Assembly: GCA_964555055.1 (NCBI GenBank)
Contig: CAZKQW010000012.1
Coordinates: 4,897-68,896 of the forward strand
Length of the DNA stretch: 64,000 bases
Direction of reading: 5' to 3'
DNA from: an uncultured Pseudomonadota bacterium
GTDB taxonomy: Bacteria; UBA10199; JACPAL01; GCA-016699445
Shown here: positions 18,113 to 26,077 of the stretch, piece by piece
Layout of the letters: each line of letters opens with the position of its first letter
How positions within the stretch are numbered: the stretch's first letter is position 1
The notes under the pieces: model-generated
Databases searched by the model: none
Told to the model about the DNA's origin: nothing
Seen by the model: the letters and a program-made list of their open reading frames with translations, nothing else
Translations under genes and position numbers: made by a program

Positions 18113-19056
18113 CAGGGTTTCCCTCCCGCCACCGGATAGCTGGCCAAACCGATGGCCGTATCGTAGAGGCAATTGGCATCCTTCATGGACAATTTCTCGC
18201 CCGGCGAGAGGACTTTCGTGGGGATCGCCAGGGCTTGTTGCAAAGCCTCCGAAAATTCCGGAATGTCGGCGCCGCCTCCGCAGAGGAAAAGGCCGTCGAT
18301 CTTGTCGCGCCGGAACACCAACGAAAACCCGTCGATGGATTTTTGGATCTCGACCGCGCATTGCGTGTAGAAACCGGGCCGGTCGTTTTCCATGCTCCGA
18401 TATGCTTCGCCGCAGACGCTCATGAGCGGGCGCGAGAAGAAGAGTTTACCGCCGTTGAGCACGATGAAAAAGGACTTCACCTCGCCGATCTCCACGATCG
18501 CGTAGAATTGATCCTCTTCCCAATCCTGCAACCGGTCGAAAGCCGCCACGAGAGACACGGATGTGGGCTCGACGGCCACCACATCCAACCCCAATCGCTT
18601 CAGAAAATCGACCTGCGCCTGTATGATCGATTTACGGACCGCGTAGGCGACGTAAGCCGTCTTTTTTGTGTCTCCCGCTTGGTAGTCCTCGATGATCGTG
18701 TAACGGATGACGAATTCGTTCACGGGTCCGTCCACGACGTCCCTCATCTGCCAACGGATGGCGTCGGGCACGTCGGAAGGCGGCATCTTGGGTAAATCCA
18801 CCCGACGGATCTTGAGGGACGGGTCTTCGATATTGCACACGACGCTGGCATGCTCCAGATTGTGTTTTTTCAGGAACTTCTTGAATGCGGCCACCTTCTC
18901 TGGATTTTTGGGAGTCACCTGGCCCTCGAAGAGCCATTGCTGAGCCTCATCGAGGCCACCGGATTTGCGCTTGATCTTCACCATCTTGACGGAGGTGTGC
19001 CCCAAGTCCATTCCGACGACGTCTTTTTTACCCATCCAATGGCTCAAGATACCCAT
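18112..19056 (-). CDS. pilM: type IV pilus assembly ATPase-like protein PilM (actin fold)
   Basis: …VVGMDLGHTSVKMVKI… N-terminus and actin-like/FtsA-like fold signature. GAGGG RBS 9 nt upstream of ATG. Confidence 0.8.
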   Translation of the reverse strand: MGILSHWMGKKDVVGMDLGHTSVKMVKIKRKSGGLDEAQQWLFEGQVTPKNPEKVAAFKKFLKKHNLEHASVVCNIEDPSLKIRRVDLPKMPPSDVPDAIRWQMRDVVDGPVNEFVIRYTIIEDYQAGDTKKTAYVAYAVRKSIIQAQVDFLKRLGLDVVAVEPTSVSLVAAFDRLQDWEEDQFYAIVEIGEVKSFFIVLNGGKLFFSRPLMSVCGEAYRSMENDRPGFYTQCAVEIQKSIDGFSLVFRRDKIDGLFLCGGGADIPEFSEALQQALAIPTKVLSPGEKLSMKDANCLYDTAIGLASYPVAGGKP

Positions 19057-19084
19057 ATTTTACCCTCAGGACACACATGGCACC

Positions 19085-19876
19085 TTATGGCACCTTCAAA
19101 GCCGCCATACGGTTTTGGACCTTCACGAGAACATCCGCGCCGATCCCCTTCGATTTATCGATGAAGGCCTGATAATTCTTCTTCGCTCCGGTCAAATCGC
19201 CCCGGGCCTCCAACACCATGCCTAAATGGAGATACGGATCCGAATAGTCCGGCTTCAACTGGATCGCTTTTTGGAACTGGTTCTCCGCTTCCGGCAGATT
19301 GCGGCTCACCATGTAAAGAACGCCTAAATTGTTGGTGCACTCGGCGAAATCCGGGTCGATGGACAGAGCCTTGCGGTATTGCTCAAAAGCCTCCTCGCTT
19401 TTCCCCAACTTCTTCAAAGCCAAACCATAGTTATTGTAGGCTTCCGCGTTCCGGGGCTCGCGAAAGACGACGCTCTCGAACATCTTCTTCGCCCCCTCGT
19501 AATCGCCGGATTCCATTTTCTTGATCCCGATCTCGGTCAGGCCCGCCGTGGACACGGAAGGATCCAAGGAATTATCGAGCTCCTTGGCGACATCGCTTTG
19601 AGACATGGCTGGAGGCGGCGTCGGCAACATCGCGGCTGAATTGGAGGCGGGTGAGGATGTTATTTGAGGAGAGAGAGGTGCCAGGGGGGCTTCCTTGCCT
19701 TTATAGAACCGGAAGTACCCAACCACGGCGAGTGATAGGATCACCATGCCCATTAGGATGTATTTTCTCATGTTGCCCTCCGCGTCTTCGTCCTGGACGT
19801 CGACGATGACACCCGTGGTGTCGGGTTGATGCGTGTCCTGTTCCGCCTTTTTAAGAGCCTTATGAATGATTGACAT
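19085..19876 (-). CDS. TPR-repeat pilus biogenesis protein (MshN/PilF-like)
   Basis: MSIIHKALKKAEQD N-terminus, TM, then TPRs (AEAYNNYGLALKKLGKSEEAFEQYRKALSIDPDF…). Confidence 0.65.
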   Translation of the reverse strand: MSIIHKALKKAEQDTHQPDTTGVIVDVQDEDAEGNMRKYILMGMVILSLAVVGYFRFYKGKEAPLAPLSPQITSSPASNSAAMLPTPPPAMSQSDVAKELDNSLDPSVSTAGLTEIGIKKMESGDYEGAKKMFESVVFREPRNAEAYNNYGLALKKLGKSEEAFEQYRKALSIDPDFAECTNNLGVLYMVSRNLPEAENQFQKAIQLKPDYSDPYLHLGMVLEARGDLTGAKKNYQAFIDKSKGIGADVLVKVQNRMAALKVP

Positions 19877-20744
19877 GGCGAGGCTCCTTTCCGCCGAGCC
19901 CTAGGACTTTCTTCCAAAGCGGCACTTTCTGCCATGACTTGTCGAGCATCTCCTTAAAGGCCTGATCCACGACGGCGTTGGTGATCACGTGGGTCTCCTT
20001 CGTAAACGCAGTCACGAGCATCAGCTCTCCGAGAGTGTTGATCAGGCGCGGGAATCCGGACGTATATTCGTAAATCTTCTTCAAGGCCGTGCTCTGGAAG
20101 ACGATGCAGCACTTTGGTCCCGACTGTTTCACCCGGTGGATCACGTAGTTTTTCGTTTCTTCGCAGCTTAAAGGATGTAGGCGGTGGGCGATCTGGATGC
20201 GTTGGCGGAGCTGGCGGAGGGCAGGATCGGCGAGCTTGGTCTCGAGTTCCGGCTGTCCCACGAGAATGATTTGGATGAGTTTATGGGTCTCCGTCTCTAG
20301 GTTCGAAAGGAGACGGACCATTTCGAGGGATTCGAGGGAAAGATTTTGGGACTCGTCGATGATGACGACCGCGTTGCGGCCTTTTTGGTCGTTTTCCAAA
20401 AGAAAAAGATTCAGCCGTTCTAAGACCGTCTGCACGTTGTCGGACTCATTCACGGCACAGCCGAAATCCCGAGAGATGGTCTTCACCAATTCGTCGGTCG
20501 ACAGAAGAGGATTCAGGACCAAGGACGTTTCGACGTCGTTTTTCAACTCATTGAGCAAAGCGCGGATCGTGGTGGATTTCCCCGTTCCCACTTCCCCCGT
20601 CAGGATCATGAATCCGCGCCTCTCGCGTATCCCGTAAAGCAATGTCGCCAAGGCGTCTTCGTGTTGGGGAGAAAGGTACAGGAAACGGGTATCCGGCGTC
20701 ACCCCAAACGGAGAATGATTCATGGAGAAGAATTCAAGATACAT
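19860..20744 (-). CDS. ExeA/GspA/MshM-like AAA ATPase
   Basis: Walker A LTGEVGTGKST. …LLSNLETETHKLIQIILVGQPEL. 294 aa. Confidence 0.75.
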   Translation of the reverse strand: MYLEFFSMNHSPFGVTPDTRFLYLSPQHEDALATLLYGIRERRGFMILTGEVGTGKSTTIRALLNELKNDVETSLVLNPLLSTDELVKTISRDFGCAVNESDNVQTVLERLNLFLLENDQKGRNAVVIIDESQNLSLESLEMVRLLSNLETETHKLIQIILVGQPELETKLADPALRQLRQRIQIAHRLHPLSCEETKNYVIHRVKQSGPKCCIVFQSTALKKIYEYTSGFPRLINTLGELMLVTAFTKETHVITNAVVDQAFKEMLDKSWQKVPLWKKVLGLGGKEPRHVNHS

Positions 20745-20868
20745 GCAAGCCTCCCGCTTTGACCCGTTTTTTGAAACCGTGCGGCAATCGTGAATGGAAT
20801 GGCGCGCACCCGTCCCATGGTCCTCAACGGATGAAATAAGGGCTTACATAAGCGAAAAGTATGCGTTT

Positions 20869-21303
20869 TTAATGATTCGTCACGAGACTGCTGACGCTGA
20901 CGTTCTGATCGGGATTAACTCCCCAACTCGTTGAAACGACTATGCGTTTATAATCGGAACCGGCTTGGGCCGTCATCAGATCACTGTCTTTGACCTCATA
21001 GATGTCGATTCGCCTGACGAACCCCACATCACTGCCTTTTAAAAGCTCCTCGGGTGGGTAGTTCATGTTGGTGATGTAGCGATAACCACGTATGCGTTTA
21101 TCACCCATGATGGCGTCGAGCTTCTTTTGGGAAAGTTCAAAAGCCTTGGCGGCGTATTGTTGGCTTATTTTATCCTGATTTCTCTTTTGATAAGCGGAGA
21201 TGGCTCCCATGAAGGCGAACGAGATGATGATCATGCCGCAGACGATCTCTACGAAAGAAATCCCTCTTTTCACGACGATTTTCGGATTTTCTTTAAGCGG
21301 CAT
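20869..21303 (-). CDS. prepilin-type minor (pseudo)pilin
   Basis: Class-III signal KRG/ISFVEIV with Glu at +5, then hydrophobic helix. 144 aa. Confidence 0.55.
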   Translation of the reverse strand: MPLKENPKIVVKRGISFVEIVCGMIIISFAFMGAISAYQKRNQDKISQQYAAKAFELSQKKLDAIMGDKRIRGYRYITNMNYPPEELLKGSDVGFVRRIDIYEVKDSDLMTAQAGSDYKRIVVSTSWGVNPDQNVSVSSLVTNH

Positions 21304-21313
21304 GAGTCCCTCT

Positions 21314-22444
21314 TTATTGAAGATCCCAAGAAGCTAAGCTAATGGTCAAAGGCCCCGTAGGCAGTCCCCCGGGAGTGTACCCTACCATTCCCGTCATATA
21401 GCTGGCATCGAAAGTCAGGCTCAGATCTTCCGTCGAATTCATGATGATGTTTCCGTTAAAATCCCCCCCGGCGACCAAAGCTCCCCGGACGCGATAATGA
21501 TCCGAATTTCCGAAGTCGAGATTCCCCTCCGTCCAGGCATAACCTTCGACGATCATGCCATCGGAGCCGACAATGCTTAAATTTCCCTTCGAAGCGATGG
21601 CGGGCATCATTTGGGAAGGATTCGAGGTGTTGGCTCTTATGGAGAGGCCCGTATTATGATCGGCCCTAAAATTACTCTCCGAAAAGATGCTTCCATTGAT
21701 GGTCACGTTATTCCCCATGATGGTCACGTTGCCCGTCGCGTATAAAAGCCCCGTGTAAGTCACGTTATCCCGAATCACAACAGTCCCCGTCACGCAACGG
21801 TTCCCCGTATAGTTCGCGTTGATAATGAGATTGCCAACGTAAGTCGACGAACACATGGCTTTGTAAACGTTAAAGTCGAGCTGAGGCATGGTCATCGTGG
21901 GACTCGAGCTTATAGTGCCGTTCACAGTGACGTCGCTATCAATGTTGGCATTTCCAGTGATCGCGATGTTTCCATTGATCACTCCCGTCGAACTATTGGA
22001 ATTAAAATTTCCCCCAGCCATCACGGCAAACTCATTGGGACTACTGGCGCGCGTCACGTTTTGGCTAATCACCTTAACCGCATTGCCCACCCGCGCCGTC
22101 ACGCGCACCGTCATCGATGAGGCGGTTTTATTTAGATATTCAGCCCAAAACTGACCGGAGCCTAAGGTCACGGGAGTTCCGCCATATGGGACTCCGGTTG
22201 GGGAAACGTTATCGGAAAAATTCATATCGTTGTTCAGCTGGCTCATTTGAATATATTGCAGGCCGCCGTCGGCCACGTACAAAGCTTGTGAAGCTTGAGA
22301 TTCGTCAATGGCACCCGCTGTCGTGGTCGCCGTCATGTAGTTCATGGAGGAGGCCATGGCACTGAAGAAGAGCATGGCGAGCAACGTCCCGATGAAGATC
22401 ATCCCGTCTTGTTTTTTTAATTTTTTATGGATCGTCTTCATCAT
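21314..22444 (-). CDS. PilX-N-domain minor pilin with large beta-helix-like C-terminal region
   Basis: KKQDGMIFIGTLLAMLFFSAMASS (PilX_N-like), then NGNIAITGNANIDSDVTVNGTISS repeats. 376 aa. Confidence 0.6.
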   Translation of the reverse strand: MMKTIHKKLKKQDGMIFIGTLLAMLFFSAMASSMNYMTATTTAGAIDESQASQALYVADGGLQYIQMSQLNNDMNFSDNVSPTGVPYGGTPVTLGSGQFWAEYLNKTASSMTVRVTARVGNAVKVISQNVTRASSPNEFAVMAGGNFNSNSSTGVINGNIAITGNANIDSDVTVNGTISSSPTMTMPQLDFNVYKAMCSSTYVGNLIINANYTGNRCVTGTVVIRDNVTYTGLLYATGNVTIMGNNVTINGSIFSESNFRADHNTGLSIRANTSNPSQMMPAIASKGNLSIVGSDGMIVEGYAWTEGNLDFGNSDHYRVRGALVAGGDFNGNIIMNSTEDLSLTFDASYMTGMVGYTPGGLPTGPLTISLASWDLQ

Positions 22445-22446
22445 GA

Positions 22447-22950
22447 TTAGCTCCTCAAGAAGTTTCTTGGGTGTATGATCGTTTCCATCGTTTTCGTCTG
22501 ACCGTTCTTGAGGACGGAGACGCTGATTTTAATCGCCCATATATTCGTGCTCGAGGGGGAAACCGCGGGGCTGGCGATGGCGGCGTTGTCTTGCCCGTAA
22601 TAAGTGAAAGTCGCGCTTTGGATGTTTCTCACGAGGACTTGACCGTCCCTCATGAAGTTGGCTCCTGAAATATTATAATTAATGTCCCTGTCATCGTTAT
22701 CTCGAAAACGGAATTGGGAGGCGGTGGCGGCAATGACGGTTCCTCTATCACGGACCTGGCTGATTTCGTGCTTCATACGCTCTAAGGCATAGCCGACGGT
22801 ATCGCTGGTTTCCGACTGCGCTTGAGCGATCGCCCACGTATCCAAGATAGGCTTGAAGATCGCGGCGCTTCCAACCATCACACCCGTCATGACGAGGATC
22901 ACCAGGATCATTTCGATCAGGGAAAACCCCTTTTGGCGCCGGAGATTCAT
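22447..22950 (-). CDS. prepilin-type minor pilin (PilW/MshO-like)
   Basis: RRQKGFSLIEMILVILVMTG N-terminal methylation motif. Confidence 0.7.
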   Translation of the reverse strand: MNLRRQKGFSLIEMILVILVMTGVMVGSAAIFKPILDTWAIAQAQSETSDTVGYALERMKHEISQVRDRGTVIAATASQFRFRDNDDRDINYNISGANFMRDGQVLVRNIQSATFTYYGQDNAAIASPAVSPSSTNIWAIKISVSVLKNGQTKTMETIIHPRNFLRS

Positions 22951-23462
22951 AGGGATTGAACCTCCGTCACAAGGGTTTTCAACACGTAATTCGCGGGCAG
23001 GGCCGCATTTGAAATGGTGACCGTGATCAGTTTATAGCTCGAGGTGCATCCGTTGGTAGCAGGGGACGGGATCGCGATGACTGCATTTATGTTGGCGGTC
23101 GTCACGTACCCCACATTCACGGTGGCCGTGTATCCGGTATAGCCGGGGAACGACTGAGTGTACCCGTTAAAATCATCCACGTCGTCAAAACCAGACTTCA
23201 CGCTTTCGCCGCTGTCGGGCCCTAAGCTGGTACTCCAATTACTGCTGGCGTCCTTGGCCGACCTTTCGTCGAATTTTCGGGCCTTGATCTCCTCCATCAT
23301 TTCATTGGCCAGACTCACCGCAGTCGGCCTTACGACGGCGCGGGCTCCGGTCATCGTCGTTTCCGCGAAAAGATGCATCAGCGACGGAATTCCCAAAGAA
23401 AGCAGAGTGATCGTCAGTATCAACTCCACGAGGCTAAATCCTTTTTCACCTAAGTCTCTCAT
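22947..23462 (-). CDS. prepilin-type minor pilin (PilV/MshD-like)
   Basis: GEKGFSLVELILTITLLSLG motif. Confidence 0.7.
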   Translation of the reverse strand: MRDLGEKGFSLVELILTITLLSLGIPSLMHLFAETTMTGARAVVRPTAVSLANEMMEEIKARKFDERSAKDASSNWSTSLGPDSGESVKSGFDDVDDFNGYTQSFPGYTGYTATVNVGYVTTANINAVIAIPSPATNGCTSSYKLITVTISNAALPANYVLKTLVTEVQSL

Positions 23463-23998
23463 TGGATGCTCACCTCTCCCGAATAAGCTTCGATTCTTAC
23501 GGTTCTTGTGATGCCTCCTTTACTCACGACGATGGAGGCGGCTGAATTCAACATGGTCCCGCTCATGTCGAGCGGATAGCCGTCGGAATTGAAAGCGATG
23601 ATCGCGTTTCCGTTGATATTGGCGGATGTGATGTCGACTCCGGTCATTCCGGGCAGGGTGGAGAAATTGACGGAGAAGTTCTGCTGCGTCAGCGGGTCCG
23701 TGATGGCGGTACTCACGAGCGGCGTCGCGGGATTGTAGTAATAAGCGGCATAGCTATTGGTAGCCGCATTGAAAGTGAGGTAATAATTGTTATGCCGGGC
23801 CATGGAGAGTCGCCGCATGTAGGTGATATCGGAAGCTATCTTACTGGCGGCACTTCGGCATTCGGCGGCTCCGCTATTACGAAATGATGGGATGGCGGCT
23901 ATCGCCAATATCGACAATAAGACGACGGTTAAGCAGAGCTCTATCAGCGTGAAACCGCGGTGACACTCGATACGTCGTTGAAAACGTCGAAGAGACAT
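23459..23998 (-). CDS. prepilin-type minor pilin (FimT/GspH-like)
   Basis: Start taken at MSLRRFQRR…HRGFTLIELCLTVVLLSILAIAAIPSF. The ORF-track N-terminal extension is probably not translated. Confidence 0.65.
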   Translation of the reverse strand: MSLRRFQRRIECHRGFTLIELCLTVVLLSILAIAAIPSFRNSGAAECRSAASKIASDITYMRRLSMARHNNYYLTFNAATNSYAAYYYNPATPLVSTAITDPLTQQNFSVNFSTLPGMTGVDITSANINGNAIIAFNSDGYPLDMSGTMLNSAASIVVSKGGITRTVRIEAYSGEVSIQ

Positions 23999-24180
23999 CC
24001 GACACCCCCGGATTCTATAGAACAATCCCGGTGCCAAAACAGGAAAATCTATCTTGCTGTAAACTCTCTCTTTTTCCTGAGCCTTTTTTTCAGAGTGTCT
24101 GAGAAGGCGCATTCATGAGCGATTTGCGGCAAAAAAAGACGACGGAAAAAACTCGTTCCGAACAAAAGGATGTTTTCCGA

Positions 24181-24211
24181 AAACAAAAAGCGGGCTGATT
24201 CATCAGCCCGC
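24181..24211 (-). terminator. rho-independent terminator after pilA (second of two tandem hairpins)
   Basis: Minus strand GCGGGCTGA-tgaa-TCAGCCCGC followed by TTTTTGTTT. Preceded by a 9-bp-stem hairpin gaagcttac-agaa-gtaagcttc at 24225-24248. Confidence 0.8.
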
Positions 24212-24262
24212 TTTTCCCAGAGGTGAAGCTTACAGAAGTAAGCTTCAAACTCCTGTTTATAT

Positions 24263-24688
24263 TTAAGGTGCGGTCGGCGACGTGAAGGTCCCCGTGGCCG
24301 GTGTGTACGTATACGTGAAGGTCGTGGTCCCGTCGTTGAACGTATAGGTCGTGGCGTTTACCTTGGTCCATGCGCCGTCGGTGATCGGCTGTTGCATGAT
24401 ATTGCCGAAAATCGGAGCTGCCGGACTGGCCGCGGTTCCATCCGCCACCGCATCTAAAGTGGCGGGAAAGATGCCTGGAGGTCCATTCTGCACCAAGTCA
24501 TTGGCACGGAACAAACTGACTCCGGCTCTAACCGCGCCCACCACGCCATCTCTCGAGGCTTGGCTGGCGTTCGTACTGACGTCGATGAAGTTCGGCAAAG
24601 CCGCGACGGCTAGGATGCCAAGGACCGTGATGACGAGCACGAGCTCGATCAGCGTGAATCCTTTCTTACTTTTGAGAATGTTTTTCAT
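24263..24688 (-). CDS. pilA: type IVa major pilin PilA
   Basis: MKNILKSKKGFTLIELVLVITVLGILAVAALPNF. 141 aa. GGAGG RBS. Confidence 0.9.
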   Translation of the reverse strand: MKNILKSKKGFTLIELVLVITVLGILAVAALPNFIDVSTNASQASRDGVVGAVRAGVSLFRANDLVQNGPPGIFPATLDAVADGTAASPAAPIFGNIMQQPITDGAWTKVNATTYTFNDGTTTFTYTYTPATGTFTSPTAP

Positions 24689-24711
24689 ACACTCACCTCC
24701 TGGGCGGGTTA

Positions 24712-24731
24712 ATTACAAGTCATGTGCCATA
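24712..24731 (-). promoter_or_regulatory. sigma54-like -24/-12 element upstream of pilA
   Basis: Minus strand TATGGCACatgacTTGTAAT (TGGCAC-N5-TTGT; -12 is GT not GC). Predicted TSS leaves a ~15-nt leader containing GGAGG. Followed by a very AT-rich tract 24730-24810 with repeated ATAAATTTAT units. Confidence 0.4.
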
Positions 24732-24853
24732 AATTTATTATTTGTAATATGTTGATATTAATAAATTTATTTATATTAATCATTAAATTTTTATTAAATT
24801 GATCAAAAATATGCGTTTTAGCACGCAACTCCTGTGTTAGATCGCTCAAACCT

Positions 24854-26074
24854 TCAATGCTTCCCGACGATTGCCGACATGTTCCACATGGGCAAAAAGA
24901 TCGCGAGCATGAACACCGTTACGATCCCGAAGATACCCCCTAGCAGCATGGGCTCCAGCATCGTCGTTAGGTTTTTGATACTATGCTCCACTTCCAAATC
25001 GTAGTGCGCTCCCATGGATTCAAGCATTTCATCCAAAGCGCCTGTTTTTTCACCGACGGCCGTCGCATCGATGATGACAGGCGTGAAGTAGGTGCATTCC
25101 GCCATCGACTCGGAGAGAGTTCGCCCTCGAGTGACCTCCGCGCGCAAGATATCCATCTCCTTAGCGAAAGCTCCGTTATCGATGGTCGCTCCAGCGATCT
25201 CCAAGCACCGGTTAATCGGCAAACCGCTCCTATAGAGAGCAGCTAAAATATGACAAAAACGGGAGTTGGCGACTTTCGTGTTTAAAGCGCCGAAAACAGG
25301 TAATTTAAAGGCCAGGGCCCCTAGACGGAGCTTCCCTCTAGCGGTCGCAGCATATTTTTTATAAGCGGTCATTAATCCCATGCCCCCTAAAAGCATGATG
25401 TACCAAAAATTATGGATGAACGAGCTTGTCCAAATCATGATCTTCGTCGGCAGGGGTAGCTCGGCGTGGTAATGCGAAAAGAACGACTCGAATTTCGGCA
25501 TGACGAAACTCATGATGACGATCGACGCGCAAATGAGGACGAAGATGACGATCTTCGGGTAGAGAGTCGCGGATTTGACCGAGCTCTTGATTTTCATTTC
25601 CTTCTCGAGAAGAGTGCCGATATTCCCCAAGACCTGCTCAAGAATACCCGCCTCTTCCCCCGCTGCCAGCATACTCACGTAAAGATCACCGAAAATCTTC
25701 TTATGTTTACCGAAGGCCTTTGATAGCCCATCACCACCCGAGACCGAGTTTTGAATATCCTGCAAAACTCCCTGAAATGCCTTATTCGGCGTCTGCCGGA
25801 TCAAGGTCGAAAGGATGGCTTCCATGCTCATTCCCGCCTTGAAAAGCGTGTAAAACTGGCGCGTCATCACCAGCATCTCTTCGCCGCTCACGCCGGGCTG
25901 CAGCAACTTCTCCAACTGGGCGAGGTCAAAACTTGTTTTACCCTTTTTGATCGCAAGCGGCATCAAGCCGCGGCCCGACAAGAAGGCCATCACTTCCCCT
26001 TCATCAGCGGCTTCCGTTTCTCCCGCGACCAAAGCCCCTTTTTCATCGCGGGCCCTATAGGTGTATAAGGACAT
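24854..26074 (-). CDS. pilC: type IV pilus platform protein PilC (GspF family)
   Basis: 406 aa with two GspF repeats and 3 TM segments. Confidence 0.85.
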   Translation of the reverse strand: MSLYTYRARDEKGALVAGETEAADEGEVMAFLSGRGLMPLAIKKGKTSFDLAQLEKLLQPGVSGEEMLVMTRQFYTLFKAGMSMEAILSTLIRQTPNKAFQGVLQDIQNSVSGGDGLSKAFGKHKKIFGDLYVSMLAAGEEAGILEQVLGNIGTLLEKEMKIKSSVKSATLYPKIVIFVLICASIVIMSFVMPKFESFFSHYHAELPLPTKIMIWTSSFIHNFWYIMLLGGMGLMTAYKKYAATARGKLRLGALAFKLPVFGALNTKVANSRFCHILAALYRSGLPINRCLEIAGATIDNGAFAKEMDILRAEVTRGRTLSESMAECTYFTPVIIDATAVGEKTGALDEMLESMGAHYDLEVEHSIKNLTTMLEPMLLGGIFGIVTVFMLAIFLPMWNMSAIVGKH

Positions 26075-26077
26075 AAG

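Noticed and set aside
17498-18361. N-terminal 83-aa extension of PilN (MRGRDPKIHRR…) overlapping pilM
   Set aside because: Arg-rich, no conservation features. The internal ATG at 18112 abuts the pilM stop as in coupled pil operons.
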